A program made the position numbers and the translations under genes. Positions 20,453 through 30,519 of a DNA stretch of 33,814 bases are shown here, one piece after another (the first letter of the stretch is position 1; the number at the start of each line of letters is the position of its first letter). A model generated the notes under the pieces. That model was not told where the DNA came from and searched no databases. It was given only the letters and a program-made list of their open reading frames with translations. Source of the stretch: Thiotrichales bacterium (GTDB lineage: Bacteria; Pseudomonadota; Gammaproteobacteria; Thiomicrospirales; Thiomicrospiraceae); NCBI GenBank assembly GCA_014763835.1, contig JACXUQ010000001.1:1-33814 (forward strand), read 5' to 3'.

Positions 20453-21835
20453 ATGTTTGACAATCTATCGGAACGTTTAACAAAAACCTTTAAGACCTTG
20501 CGCGGGCAAGGTCGCTTGACGGAAAGCAATATCAAGGATGCGCTGCGTGACGTGCGCCGTGCGTTGCTGGAAGCGGATGTCGCGCTGCCGGTGGTGAAGT
20601 CCTTTATCACCAAAGTGCAGGATCGCGCTATCGGCACCGAGGTCTCCACCAGCTTGAATCCGGGGCAGGCCTTTATCAAGATCGTGCGCGATGAACTGAC
20701 CGAGGTCATGGGTCAGGCGGCGGTACCGTTGAACTTCAATGTGGAGCCGCCCGCGGTCATTATGATGGCGGGTCTGCAGGGTGCCGGTAAAACCACCACG
20801 GTCGGTAAACTGGCCAAGTGGCTGAAAGAGCGCGAAAAGAAAAAGGTCATGGTGGTGTCGGCCGACGTCTATCGTCCCGCTGCGATCAAACAGCTGGAGA
20901 CTTTGGCCGGGCAGGTTGGCGTCAGCTTCTTCCCGTCGAGTGCGGATCAGGATCCGGTCGAGATCGCCCGTAATGCGCACAAAGAAGCGCGCAAGCAGTT
21001 TGTGGATGTGCTGATTCTGGATACCGCTGGTCGTCTGCATATTGACGATGAGATGATGCAGGAGATTAAGCATCTGCACGATCACGTCAAGCCCGCCGAA
21101 ACCCTGTTTGTGGTGGACGCGATGACCGGTCAGGATGCCGCCAATACCGCCAAGGCGTTTAACGATGCCTTGCCGCTGACCGGGGTGATTCTCACCAAAA
21201 CCGACGGTGACGCGCGCGGCGGTGCGGCCTTGTCGATCCGTGAAATTACCGGTAAGCCGATCAAATTTATCGGTGCGGGCGAAAAAACCGATGCGCTGGA
21301 AACCTTCCATCCGGACCGTATGGCCGGGCGCATTCTCGGCATGGGGGATGTGCTCAGTCTGATCGATGAGGTGGAATCCAAAATCGACCGTCAGAAAGCC
21401 GAGAAGTTTGCCAGCAAAATCCAGAAATCCGGGCAGTTTGATCTGGAGGACTTTTTGGAGCAGTTGCAGCAGATTCAGAACATGGGCGGTATCGGCGGGC
21501 TGATCGGCAAATTGCCGGGCATGGGGCAGCTCAAAGGCCAGTTGGACAACGAGCGTGCCGAAAAAGAGTTTAAGCGACTTGAAGCGATTATTCATTCCAT
21601 GACCAAGCATGAGCGCGCTTTCCCGGCGGTGATTAAAGGTTCGCGCAAACGCCGTATTGCCGCGGGTTCGGGAACATCGGTGCAGGAAGTCAATAAACTG
21701 CTGAAACAGTTTGAACAGATGCAGAAGATGATGAAAAAAGTCTCCAAGGGCGGCATGAAAAATATGATGCGCGGTCTGGCGGGCAAGTTGCCGCCGGGAT
21801 TGGGCGGTATGGGATTGCCCCCGGGAATGCGTTAA
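20453..21835 (+). CDS. ffh: Signal recognition particle protein
   Basis: MFDNLSERL, GLQGAGKTT, DTAGR, TKTDGDARGG, Met-rich M domain. ATG at 20453 after AGGAG. Confidence 0.98.
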   Translation: MFDNLSERLTKTFKTLRGQGRLTESNIKDALRDVRRALLEADVALPVVKSFITKVQDRAIGTEVSTSLNPGQAFIKIVRDELTEVMGQAAVPLNFNVEPPAVIMMAGLQGAGKTTTVGKLAKWLKEREKKKVMVVSADVYRPAAIKQLETLAGQVGVSFFPSSADQDPVEIARNAHKEARKQFVDVLILDTAGRLHIDDEMMQEIKHLHDHVKPAETLFVVDAMTGQDAANTAKAFNDALPLTGVILTKTDGDARGGAALSIREITGKPIKFIGAGEKTDALETFHPDRMAGRILGMGDVLSLIDEVESKIDRQKAEKFASKIQKSGQFDLEDFLEQLQQIQNMGGIGGLIGKLPGMGQLKGQLDNERAEKEFKRLEAIIHSMTKHERAFPAVIKGSRKRRIAAGSGTSVQEVNKLLKQFEQMQKMMKKVSKGGMKNMMRGLAGKLPPGLGGMGLPPGMR

Positions 21836-21865
21836 TCCCCGTTTGAAAATGTGTTTAAAAAACTG

Positions 21866-21906
21866 AACAGGCCGGGTAGGGATGCATACCTGGCCTGTTT
21901 CTTTTG
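21866..21906 (+). terminator. ffh terminator built from an inverted pair of the dispersed motif
   Basis: AACAGGCCGGGTA-GGGATGCA-TACCTGGCCTGTT followed by TCTTTT. Confidence 0.8.
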
Positions 21907-21956
21907 CGCCACGTTAAAAAGTTGAAAACTTTCAATAAATCATTGCAATAAGCCGG

Positions 21957-21985
21957 TTGAACGACGTGTGGTTCTTATGTATAAT
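21957..21985 (+). promoter_or_regulatory. Sigma70 promoter of rpsP-rimM-trmD-rplS
   Basis: TTGAAC, 17-bp spacer, TATAAT, followed by the GC-rich discriminator TCCGC. Confidence 0.75.
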
Positions 21986-22074
21986 TCCGCTTTTCCCGCA
22001 CAACGGGGAAAGGTTAGAAGAATTTGTTGGGGAGATTCCTTCCCATCGCCTGATTTATTAATTGGAGAAATATA

Positions 22075-22311
22075 ATGGTTGTTATCCGTTTAGCCCGTGG
22101 TGGTTCTAAAAAGCGTCCTTTCTACAAAATGGTTGTAGCTGATCAGCGTTACAAAGCAACTGGCCGTTTCATCGAGCAAGTTGGTTTCTTTAACCCGATT
22201 GCACGTGGCAACGAAGAAAAAGTCCGTGTAGATCAGGCGCGTGTTGATCACTGGATCGCTCAAGGCGCTCAAATGAGCGATCGCGTAAAAAGCATCCTTA
22301 AAAACGCTTAA
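22075..22311 (+). CDS. rpsP: 30S ribosomal protein S16
   Basis: [29 protein letters not shown]. Confidence 0.98.
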   Translation: MVVIRLARGGSKKRPFYKMVVADQRYKATGRFIEQVGFFNPIARGNEEKVRVDQARVDHWIAQGAQMSDRVKSILKNA

Positions 22312-22340
22312 TCTGAATAACGCAATCGGGCTGTCAAACG

Positions 22341-22877
22341 ATGTCGGAAATTTCTGAAGAAAAACTCATTGTCGGCCAGATTAGCGGTGTTTTCGGGGTA
22401 AAAGGCTGGGTAAAAATTTTTTCCCATACCGAGCCACGTGAAAATATTTTCAGCTATTCACCTTGGTGGGTGCGCTGCCCAAGCGGCCCGAGAAAGGGCG
22501 AGTGGCATGCAGTCCAGTTACTAGATGGCAAGATTCAGCAAGGCGGTAAAGCCTTGGTGGCGTTGCTTGAAAATGTGGAAGACCGTGATCTTGCCCGTGA
22601 GTATATGGGATGCGAGATCGCGATCAATCGCTCTCAGCTGGAGAATTCGGCTGAAGAGATGTACTGGATTGATTTGATCGGTTGTCAGGTCAAAAATCAG
22701 GATGGCGTGGTTCTCGGAGAGGTCACGGGTCTGGTGGAAACCGGGGCGCATGATGTATTGCGTGTTGAAGGTGAACATCCGGACTTGATTCCATTTGTTA
22801 TGGATGAATTTATTCTCTCTGTGGATATTGCCAATAAACTGATTTGCGTTAACTGGGAATTGGAAGAAGACCAGTGA
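22341..22877 (+). CDS. rimM: Ribosome maturation factor
   Basis: [36 protein letters not shown]. Confidence 0.96.
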   Translation: MSEISEEKLIVGQISGVFGVKGWVKIFSHTEPRENIFSYSPWWVRCPSGPRKGEWHAVQLLDGKIQQGGKALVALLENVEDRDLAREYMGCEIAINRSQLENSAEEMYWIDLIGCQVKNQDGVVLGEVTGLVETGAHDVLRVEGEHPDLIPFVMDEFILSVDIANKLICVNWELEEDQ

Positions 22878-23575
22878 GATTCGACATTATCACCCTGTTT
22901 CCGGAAATGTTTAGTGCATTAACGGAGTCTGGCGTGAGTCGCCGCGCACTGCAAACCGGTTTATATGAATTAAAAACCTGGAATCCGCGTCAGTTCACTA
23001 CTGACAGACATAAGACGGTCGATGACCGGCCTTATGGCGGCGGTCCTGGGATGGTGATGCTTTATCAGCCGCTCAAAGACACGATCGACGCCATTCGCAA
23101 TGACGTGTCCGTTAAGCCGCACGTAGTGTACCTTTCGCCGCAGGGTGAGCCACTGACGCAGGCGAAAGTTCAATCCCTGTTACAGCACGATTGCGTAACC
23201 CTGTTATGCGGTCGTTATGAAGGGGTGGATGAGCGTTTGCTGCAGTCACAGGTGGATGAGGAGATCAGTATCGGCGATTTCGTGGTCAGTGGCGGTGAGC
23301 TGCCGGCGATGATGTTGATGGATGCGATGATTCGTCTGCTGCCGGGCGCATTGGGGCATAACCAGTCGGCCGAACAGGATTCGTTTTCTGACGGTTTGCT
23401 GGATTGTCCGCACTATACGCGTCCGGAAGTGGTAGATGGCATGGCGGTACCGGGTGTGCTGGTTGAAGGTAATCACGCAAAAATTGAAGCCTGGCGACAG
23501 GCGCAAAAACGTGTGCGTACGCAGCAGCGACGCCCCGACCTTCTGGCCAAACTGGTGAGTGAAGGTGACAATTAG
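22874..23575 (+). CDS. trmD: tRNA (m1G37) methyltransferase
   Basis: [41 protein letters not shown] start. Confidence 0.98.
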   Translation: MRFDIITLFPEMFSALTESGVSRRALQTGLYELKTWNPRQFTTDRHKTVDDRPYGGGPGMVMLYQPLKDTIDAIRNDVSVKPHVVYLSPQGEPLTQAKVQSLLQHDCVTLLCGRYEGVDERLLQSQVDEEISIGDFVVSGGELPAMMLMDAMIRLLPGALGHNQSAEQDSFSDGLLDCPHYTRPEVVDGMAVPGVLVEGNHAKIEAWRQAQKRVRTQQRRPDLLAKLVSEGDN

Positions 23576-23712
23576 GGTTCAACCTCTGGTCGGCAAGCCC
23601 GGCGAATGTTGGATAATCGCAGATGAAAATGCCAATCTGATATAGATGCATTTTCACGTTTAAAGACCGTAACTATTCAAGCGGCTTTAAACACAAAATG
23701 GAGAGCTTAAAG

Positions 23713-24057
23713 ATGAGCGATATCATCAAGCGTATCGAAGCGGAACAAATGAACAAAGAAATTCCTTCATTTGCTCCTGGTGACACAGTTGTTGTTAAAG
23801 TTAAGGTTATCGAAGGTAAAAACGAACGTCTTCAGGCTTATGAAGGTGTTGTTATCGCCAAGAAAAACCGTGGTTTGAACTCTAACTTCATCGTTCGCAA
23901 GATTTCTCACGGTGTAGGTGTTGAGCGTACATTCCAAACTTACAGCCCACTGGTTGAAAGCATCGAACTTAAACGTCGTGGTGATGTACGTCGTGCGAAA
24001 TTGTACTACCTGCGCGACTTGTCTGGTAAAGCAGCACGTATCAAAGAAAAAGTATAA
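23713..24057 (+). CDS. rplS: 50S ribosomal protein L19
   Basis: [38 protein letters not shown] at 23713 after GGAG. Confidence 0.98.
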   Translation: MSDIIKRIEAEQMNKEIPSFAPGDTVVVKVKVIEGKNERLQAYEGVVIAKKNRGLNSNFIVRKISHGVGVERTFQTYSPLVESIELKRRGDVRRAKLYYLRDLSGKAARIKEKV

Positions 24058-24105
24058 TTTCTTGATGCTCCAATCCAGTAATGGATTGGCTGTCAGGCAG
24101 GATAG

Positions 24106-24140
24106 AACGCCTCAGATCGGTATCGATCTGGGGCGTTTTT
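24106..24140 (+). terminator. Terminator of the rpsP operon
   Basis: AACGCCTCAGATCG-GTAT-CGATCTGGGGCGTT followed by T. Confidence 0.85.
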
Positions 24141-24205
24141 GTATTCAGGGTTTTTAAGCCGCTTGCCGTATAATGGATTTCAGTTAATCGGTTTGAAGTT
24201 ATCTA

Positions 24206-25123
24206 ATGAAGCGTGCCCCATTTTCCATTCCGTTGCCCGCAATTTGCGAGGAGTTTCTCAATCAGCTCGCCTTTGTTGAAGGGTTGAGCGCCAATACCCT
24301 GGCGGCCTATCGCAAAGATTTACAGCTCTACCTGGCCTGGTGGGATTCTCAAAGTTTCAATTCAAGCATTCAACAGGCCGGTAAGCTGCATATCGAAGAT
24401 TTCCTATTGTCGATGCAGGATCAGGGGCGTAAAGCCAAAAGTAACGCGCGTTTACTTTCTACCTTAAAGCGTTTTTATCAGTGGCTGGCGCTTAACGAAC
24501 GCATTGCCTCCGATCCGACAGCCTTGCTTAAAGCGGTCAAAATTCCGCGTGAAATTCCCTCCGTTATCAGTGAAAAGCAGGTTGACGAGCTGTTGAATGC
24601 TCCTGATGTCATGACGCCTTTGGGACTGCGTGACCGCGCCATTTTGGAGCTAATGTATGCGTCCGGTTTGCGCGTTTCCGAAGTGGTGGAACTGCCGTTT
24701 GAGCAGGTGAATTTAAGCGCCGGTCTGGTGCAGGTCACCGGGAAGGGATCAAAGGAACGCATTGTGCCGATGGGCGAGGTGGCGATTGAGTGGATCGGAC
24801 GCTATCTACGTGATGCACGTCCGCAATTGGTCGGGCAAAAATGGGTACCGACACTATTCGTGTCACGAATCGGCCGGCCGATGACACGCCAGACGCTATG
24901 GCACAGGGTGCACCAACTCGCCTTTGCTGCGGGCATTTACGGCAAGCTCTCTCCGCATGGTTTGCGCCATGCATTTGCGACCCATCTGCTCAATCACGGT
25001 GCCGACCTGCGGACCGTACAGCTGTTACTGGGGCATAGCGATCTCTCCACAACACAGATCTATACGCATGTCGCCAAAGAGCGACTGCACCGTATTCACC
25101 AGCAGCATCATCCGCGTGGATGA
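24206..25123 (+). CDS. xerD: Site-specific tyrosine recombinase XerD
   Basis: SGLRVSE, GKGSKER, HGLRHAFATH, LGHSDLSTTQIYTHV, HHPRG. Conserved xerD-dsbC linkage. Confidence 0.95.
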   Translation: MKRAPFSIPLPAICEEFLNQLAFVEGLSANTLAAYRKDLQLYLAWWDSQSFNSSIQQAGKLHIEDFLLSMQDQGRKAKSNARLLSTLKRFYQWLALNERIASDPTALLKAVKIPREIPSVISEKQVDELLNAPDVMTPLGLRDRAILELMYASGLRVSEVVELPFEQVNLSAGLVQVTGKGSKERIVPMGEVAIEWIGRYLRDARPQLVGQKWVPTLFVSRIGRPMTRQTLWHRVHQLAFAAGIYGKLSPHGLRHAFATHLLNHGADLRTVQLLLGHSDLSTTQIYTHVAKERLHRIHQQHHPRG

Positions 25124-25225
25124 GCGGCGGCTATCGTCAGATTTTATCCATATTCGAGCATTGGGAACCGGGTTAAAACTGTGCTATAGTCCACTGCACT
25201 TTATTGATAAATGAATGGTTTACAG

Positions 25226-25957
25226 ATGCATATTGTGAAAAAAACAGCTTTGGCTTTGAGTTTGGGGGCGCTGCCTTTCTCGGCAGTAAATGCCGATATG
25301 GCCAGTGATAAGCAGGCGATTCAGCAGCAGTTGAAAAACATCATTCCGGATGCGCCTGACGCAAACATCACACCCAGTGTACTTCCTGGGCTGTATGAGG
25401 TTTCGGTGGGGCCGATGGTGATCTATATGACGGGCGATGCGAAATATGTTCTGAATGGCAGTCTGATCGATCTGAATACCCGTGAAAATCTCACGGAGCG
25501 CACCAAGGCGAACGCCCGCAAAGCGGCGCTGGCCAAAATTCCTGCGGATAGCATGATTACCTATCCGGCAAAAGGCGAATCCAAACATGTGGTGACGGTG
25601 TTCTCGGATATTGACTGCCCGTATTGCCATAAGTTGCATAAAGAGATTCCGGCGTTGAACGAAGCGGGAGTGACCGTGCGTTATCTCTCTTATCCGCGAG
25701 CAGGGGCAGGGTCGCCAGCCTATCAAAAAGCGGTAACGGCATGGTGTTCGGAAAACCGTAATGAGGCAATGAATAAACTGATGGCCGGTGAGCAGATGGT
25801 TTCCAAGAATTGCGATAATCCGGTTTTGGCGCATATGCAGCAGGCGCAGGTGTTTGGCGTGAATGGCACACCGAATATTATTCTTGAAAATGGGGATATG
25901 ATCCCGGGTTATGTACCTGCGAAAGAGTTGGTGCAAATGTTGCAGCAAAAGCATTAA
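25226..25957 (+). CDS. dsbC: Thiol:disulfide isomerase
   Basis: Signal peptide, N-terminal dimerisation region, FSDIDCPYC, second Cys pair, GTP cis-Pro loop, PGY. Confidence 0.9.
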   Translation: MHIVKKTALALSLGALPFSAVNADMASDKQAIQQQLKNIIPDAPDANITPSVLPGLYEVSVGPMVIYMTGDAKYVLNGSLIDLNTRENLTERTKANARKAALAKIPADSMITYPAKGESKHVVTVFSDIDCPYCHKLHKEIPALNEAGVTVRYLSYPRAGAGSPAYQKAVTAWCSENRNEAMNKLMAGEQMVSKNCDNPVLAHMQQAQVFGVNGTPNIILENGDMIPGYVPAKELVQMLQQKH

Positions 25958-25977
25958 GCGCTGCGGTTGTTACCAAC

Positions 25978-26004
25978 AAAAACGCCCTCATAAGAGGGCG
26001 TTTT
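25978..26004. terminator. Bidirectional terminator between dsbC and the SH3 gene
   Basis: AAAACGCCCTC-ATAA-GAGGGCGTTTT. Confidence 0.85.
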
Positions 26005-26035
26005 ACTTTTTTAGGGACGGTGCCGGGGCTAGGTC

Positions 26036-26731
26036 TTAAAGTTCGCCCCATTTCTGGCGCTTTTTAGGTACTCTAAAGAAGCGGCCTAACAACAGGCCCA
26101 GCAAGAGAACGCCACCGCCGGTCAGGAACCATTGGCGTTTGATGGCATCATCTGACTGGTCAATCTGTTCGCGCATAATCGCGTTGTCGTCTTCCAAACG
26201 AGACAGACGGGCTTTCATCTCCTGATTTTGCTTGTCGAGTTCAACCGCGCTGCTGGAAACCTCTTTCAAGCGGTTCAGTTCCTGCGTGATTTCAAATTTC
26301 TCCTGCTTGACGGTTTTGAGTTCGTTGCTGGTTTCGTCATAGCGGATTTGCAGGGTGCTCAATTCCTGTTTCAGGTCGTTGAGTTTGGCCTCCACCGCAG
26401 TCGTTTTAGCCATTTGAGCATCCAGACGGTCACGGGCAATTGGTTGGTTTTCGAGCATCATTGCCGGCATCCAGCCTTCCGTACCCGCATAACTGACTTT
26501 GGCCCAACCTTCTTCGTTGACCTCCAGCAGTTTGACTTCACTGCCCGATTTGACCATGCGCTTGATACGGTGCTTGTGGCTTGCGCCGCTGCGCATCGGC
26601 ACTTCAAACGAGTCAGTGATGTAACGCAGACCGCCTGCAGCGGTTTCGACCGCCTGTGCAGGCTGGCTCAGAACGCTCAGGCCAAGAATAATGGCCGGTG
26701 CCAGATGTTTAAAGTTGCTGAATTTTTTCAT
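26036..26731 (-). CDS. SH3 domain, coiled-coil, C-terminal TM protein (YgiM-like)
   Basis: Signal peptide, RYITD...MRSG, EGW SH3 motif, coiled coil, [16 protein letters not shown]. Overlaps the end of valS by 23 nt. Confidence 0.85.
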   Translation of the reverse strand: MKKFSNFKHLAPAIILGLSVLSQPAQAVETAAGGLRYITDSFEVPMRSGASHKHRIKRMVKSGSEVKLLEVNEEGWAKVSYAGTEGWMPAMMLENQPIARDRLDAQMAKTTAVEAKLNDLKQELSTLQIRYDETSNELKTVKQEKFEITQELNRLKEVSSSAVELDKQNQEMKARLSRLEDDNAIMREQIDQSDDAIKRQWFLTGGGVLLLGLLLGRFFRVPKKRQKWGEL

Positions 26732-29480
26732 ATTGAACCTTCAAGTTATTCAGTGCGGTTTGATTGTCGCTGAGTTTCTGACGTTCATTCGCCACGACGT
26801 CTGCTGGGGCCTTGGCCACAAAGCCTTCGTTGCTGAGTTTTCCGGACAAGCGCTTGATTTCACCTTCCAGTTTGCCAATCTCTTTGCTCAGACGCGCCAA
26901 TTCGGCCTCTTTATCGATCAGGCCGGCCATAGGAATCAATACCTTCATTTCCCCCACCAGGCTCACGGCAGATTCAGGAGCGTCGGCTTCGTTTTGTAAG
27001 ACGGTGATGCTCTCTAGTTTGGCCAATGACTGCAGGAACAGACGGTTGTTCTCAAGCCACGCAGTATCGGTGTCATTCAGGCTGGCTAACAGCACGGGCA
27101 GGGCTTTGCTGGGTGCAATGTCCATTTCGGAGCGGATGCGGCGCACGCCCATGATAAATTGCTTGACCCACTCCAGCTCGGCCATGGCAGCCGTGTCGAT
27201 TTTATCGGCTTCAGGCTGCGGATAGGGTTGCAACATTATGGTGGCACCGTCTTTCCCTGCCAATGGGGCGACTGCCTGCCAGGCTTCTTCGGTGATGAAC
27301 GGAATAACCGGATGCAGCAAACGCAGCAACGCTTCCAGCACACGCACCAGAGTGCGGCGTGTGCCGCGTTTGGCGGCGTCACTGCTGTCGGCGCTATTCA
27401 GAATCGGTTTGGCAAGCTCCAGATACCAGTCGCAGTATTCGTTCCAGGTGAATTCGTAAAGCGCATTGGATGCCAGGTCAAAGCGGTAATTGTCGAAGTG
27501 TTTGGCCACTTCCTCTTCAATCTGCTGCAGGCGCGAAACAATCCAGCGATCGGCCAGAGAAAGTTCAACAGGTTGTGATGCATCCACACCGGTGTCGTAA
27601 CCTTCGGTATTCATCAGCACGTAACGGGTCGCATTCCACAGTTTGTTACAGAAATTGCGGTAACCTTCAGCGCGGTTCAAGTCGAAGCGGATGTCGCGTC
27701 CGGTCGAAGCGAGCGAGGCAAAGGTAAAGCGCAGTGCGTCCGTGCCGTAGGCAGGAATGCCGTCGGCAAACTGCCTGCGGGTGGCCTGTTCAATTTTGGC
27801 CGCCTTTTCCGGTTGCATCATGCCGTAAGTGCGTTTTTGAACCAAACTTTCCAAGTCGATACCGTCAATCAGGTCGATCGGGTCAAGCACGTTGCCTTTG
27901 GATTTGGACATCTTCTGACCTTCGCCGTCGCGCACCAGGCCGTGTACATAGACCTGTTTGAACGGCACCTGACCGGTAAATTTCAGGGTCATCATAATCA
28001 TACGGGCAACCCAGAAGAAGATAATGTCGAAACCGGTCACTAGCACTGAGGTCGGGTGGAACTTGGCCAGTTCCGGTGTCTGTTCCGGCCAGCCAAGGGT
28101 GGAGAAGGTCCAGAGCGCAGAGCTGAACCAAGTGTCCAAAACATCGTCATCCTGGCGGAGGCTGATATCTGCGGCGATGCTGTGTTTTTCACGCACTTCG
28201 GCTTCATTGCGGCCGACATAGACGTTGCCTGAATCATCGTACCAGGCCGGGATGCGGTGTCCCCACCAGATCTGGCGCGAGATACACCAGTCCTGGATAT
28301 TGTTCATCCATTCAAAATAGGTGTTTTCCCAGTTTTTCGGTACAAATTCGATATCGCCGTTTTTGACCGCGTCGATGGCCGGTTTGGCAAGCGATTCCAC
28401 CGCCACATACCATTGATCGGTCAATAGCGGTTCAATCACCGCATGCGAGCGGTCGCCGCGCGGCACCATCAAAGTGTGCGGTTTGATGTCTTCCATCAGG
28501 CCCAGGGCGTCAAGGTCGGCAATGATCTGTTTGCGCGCTTCATAGCGGTCCAGACCGCGGTATTTTTCCGGTGCTTCGTCGTTGATGGCCGCATCGATGG
28601 TGAAGATGTTAAGCATCGGCAAATTATGGCGCTTGCCCATCTCGTAATCGTTGAAGTCATGCGCCGGGGTGATTTTGACGCAGCCGGTTCCAAATTCTAG
28701 ATCGACATAGTCGTCGGCGATAATCGGGATTTCGCGGCCGACCAGAGGCAGGGTGATGGTTTTGCCAATCAGGTGCTTGTAACGCGCGTCTTCCGGGTTC
28801 ACGGCAACCGCCTGATCGCCCAGCATGGTTTCCGGGCGGGTGGTGGCGACCACAAGATGCCCCGAACCATCGGTCAACGGGTAGCGCATATGCCACAGGT
28901 TGCCTTGTTCTTCCTCGGAGATGACTTCCAGATCAGACACGGCCGTGTGCAGAATCGGGTCCCAGTTCACCAAGCGTTTGCCACGGTAGATCAGGCCTTC
29001 TTCATAGAGGCGCACAAAGACTTCTTTGACCGCATTGGACAAGCCGTCGTCCATGGTGAAACGTTCACGCGACCAGTCCGGTGACGCGCCAAGACGACGC
29101 AGTTGTTTGGTGATGGTGCCGCCGGATTCCTCTTTCCACTCCCAGATTTTGTCGATGAACGCATCGCGCCCCAAATCGTGGCGGCTCAAGCCTTTGGCGG
29201 CGAGCTGTCTTTCAACCACCATCTGCGTGGCGATGCCGGCGTGGTCGGTACCCGGTTGCCACAGGGTGTCGTTGCCTTGCATGCGATGGTAACGGATCAG
29301 GGTGTCCATAATCGTGTCCTGAAACGCGTGGCCCATGTGCAGACTGCCGGTGACGTTTGGAGGCGGGATCATGATAGAGTAGGGCGCCGCGTCGTTGTTC
29401 TGCGGTTTGAAATACCCTTTGTTTTCCCAGATCTGGTACCACTTGGATTCAATAGTATTGGGGTCGAAATGCTTTTCCAT
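26709..29480 (-). CDS. valS: Valyl-tRNA synthetase
   Basis: [26 protein letters not shown]-terminal coiled coil. Confidence 0.98.
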   Translation of the reverse strand: MEKHFDPNTIESKWYQIWENKGYFKPQNNDAAPYSIMIPPPNVTGSLHMGHAFQDTIMDTLIRYHRMQGNDTLWQPGTDHAGIATQMVVERQLAAKGLSRHDLGRDAFIDKIWEWKEESGGTITKQLRRLGASPDWSRERFTMDDGLSNAVKEVFVRLYEEGLIYRGKRLVNWDPILHTAVSDLEVISEEEQGNLWHMRYPLTDGSGHLVVATTRPETMLGDQAVAVNPEDARYKHLIGKTITLPLVGREIPIIADDYVDLEFGTGCVKITPAHDFNDYEMGKRHNLPMLNIFTIDAAINDEAPEKYRGLDRYEARKQIIADLDALGLMEDIKPHTLMVPRGDRSHAVIEPLLTDQWYVAVESLAKPAIDAVKNGDIEFVPKNWENTYFEWMNNIQDWCISRQIWWGHRIPAWYDDSGNVYVGRNEAEVREKHSIAADISLRQDDDVLDTWFSSALWTFSTLGWPEQTPELAKFHPTSVLVTGFDIIFFWVARMIMMTLKFTGQVPFKQVYVHGLVRDGEGQKMSKSKGNVLDPIDLIDGIDLESLVQKRTYGMMQPEKAAKIEQATRRQFADGIPAYGTDALRFTFASLASTGRDIRFDLNRAEGYRNFCNKLWNATRYVLMNTEGYDTGVDASQPVELSLADRWIVSRLQQIEEEVAKHFDNYRFDLASNALYEFTWNEYCDWYLELAKPILNSADSSDAAKRGTRRTLVRVLEALLRLLHPVIPFITEEAWQAVAPLAGKDGATIMLQPYPQPEADKIDTAAMAELEWVKQFIMGVRRIRSEMDIAPSKALPVLLASLNDTDTAWLENNRLFLQSLAKLESITVLQNEADAPESAVSLVGEMKVLIPMAGLIDKEAELARLSKEIGKLEGEIKRLSGKLSNEGFVAKAPADVVANERQKLSDNQTALNNLKVQYEKIQQL

Positions 29481-29558
29481 CGGTCTTTTGTTTTCTTAAA
29501 TGTAATAAGCCCAAAATTATAGCAAAGAGTGCATGGGCTTGGTGGGTGTTAGCGGGAG

Positions 29559-29604
29559 AAAAAAGGAAAAAATTCGGCCACCATGAGAATGTATCGGTGG
29601 CCGA
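29559..29604 (-). terminator. Probable terminator of the flagellin-like gene
   Basis: TCGGCCACC...GGTGGCCGA stem next to a plus-strand A tract (U tract on minus). Confidence 0.6.
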
Positions 29605-29655
29605 CTAGGTGCTTCTAGGAGGAAGACAAATTTAAGGGGGCTGTTTTTTAGGCCC

Positions 29656-30444
29656 TTAGCTACCTAGAAGTTGTAATACACTGGCGCGCGACTGGTTGCC
29701 TTGCGCTTGCATTGCCATTGAGGCTTCATTGAGAATCGATTGACGGGTTTGTTCAGTGACAACACGTGCCATGTCTGCATCGCTGATGGTGCTGCGGCTG
29801 GCCAGGGTGTTGATGTTTTGCGTGTTCAAGTTGTTGACGCTTGAAATCAGACCGTTTTGCTGGGCACCAAATTGCGCGCGACCGTTGCTGAGCTGTTCCG
29901 TTGCTGTGCTTAAGCCTTGCAGCGCGAGTGCGGCATTGGCCGAGTTGCTGATGTCCAAGCCGCTTAGTCCCAATGAATCGGTTGTGAAATTCGGCAGGTT
30001 CAGCGCGTTATTGCTGTCATTCAGTGCGATATTGACGCTTGATGTATCGGCGTTTAGGAGGTTGATGCCGTTGTAACTGGTGTTATTGGCAATGGTGTTG
30101 ATGTTTTCCAGGTTCTGCTGAAATTCAACATTTAGCATGGCGCGCTGCTGGTCGGACAGGGTGCCGTTCTGGGCTTGCAGTGCCAGTTCATTCATGCGCA
30201 GTACGCTTTGAGTAATTGATTGGCCGCCGCCGTCAGCTGTTTGCAATAGAGCGATGCCGTTGTTGGCGTTTTGCACAGCCATGTCTTGTGCATTGACCTG
30301 TGTCGTTAAAGAGGTGGTCACTGCCAAACCGGCCGGGTCGTCTGCGGCCTGATTGATGCGGCTTCCCGTTGCCAGGCTGTTGCTGGGCGTGATGCTGGAA
30401 ATGTAGTTGTTGGAAGTGATAGAGCCGTAGGATTGAATTGCCAT
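29656..30444 (-). CDS. Short orphan flagellin-like protein
   Basis: LATGSRINQAADDPAGLA, NANNGIALLQTADG, RAQFGAQQN, SRSTISDADMA, VLQLL. 262 aa. Confidence 0.88.
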   Translation of the reverse strand: MAIQSYGSITSNNYISSITPSNSLATGSRINQAADDPAGLAVTTSLTTQVNAQDMAVQNANNGIALLQTADGGGQSITQSVLRMNELALQAQNGTLSDQQRAMLNVEFQQNLENINTIANNTSYNGINLLNADTSSVNIALNDSNNALNLPNFTTDSLGLSGLDISNSANAALALQGLSTATEQLSNGRAQFGAQQNGLISSVNNLNTQNINTLASRSTISDADMARVVTEQTRQSILNEASMAMQAQGNQSRASVLQLLGS

Positions 30445-30519
30445 GATCTTGCTCCAGTTCTAAAATGCGTTTATATATTGAATATATTACGATTTTTTGA
30501 GTGTTGAGGAAAGCTAAAA

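Noticed and set aside
20477-21610. Long antisense ORFs (377 aa opposite ffh; others opposite yadG, murA, hisG, radA, dsbC and valS)
   Set aside because: They are shadows of well-conserved genes caused by codon bias and show no recognisable motifs.
24206-25123. Tyrosine recombinase as the integrase of a mobile element
   Set aside because: It has XerD-type motifs and the conserved rplS-xerD-dsbC context, with no att sites or cargo genes.
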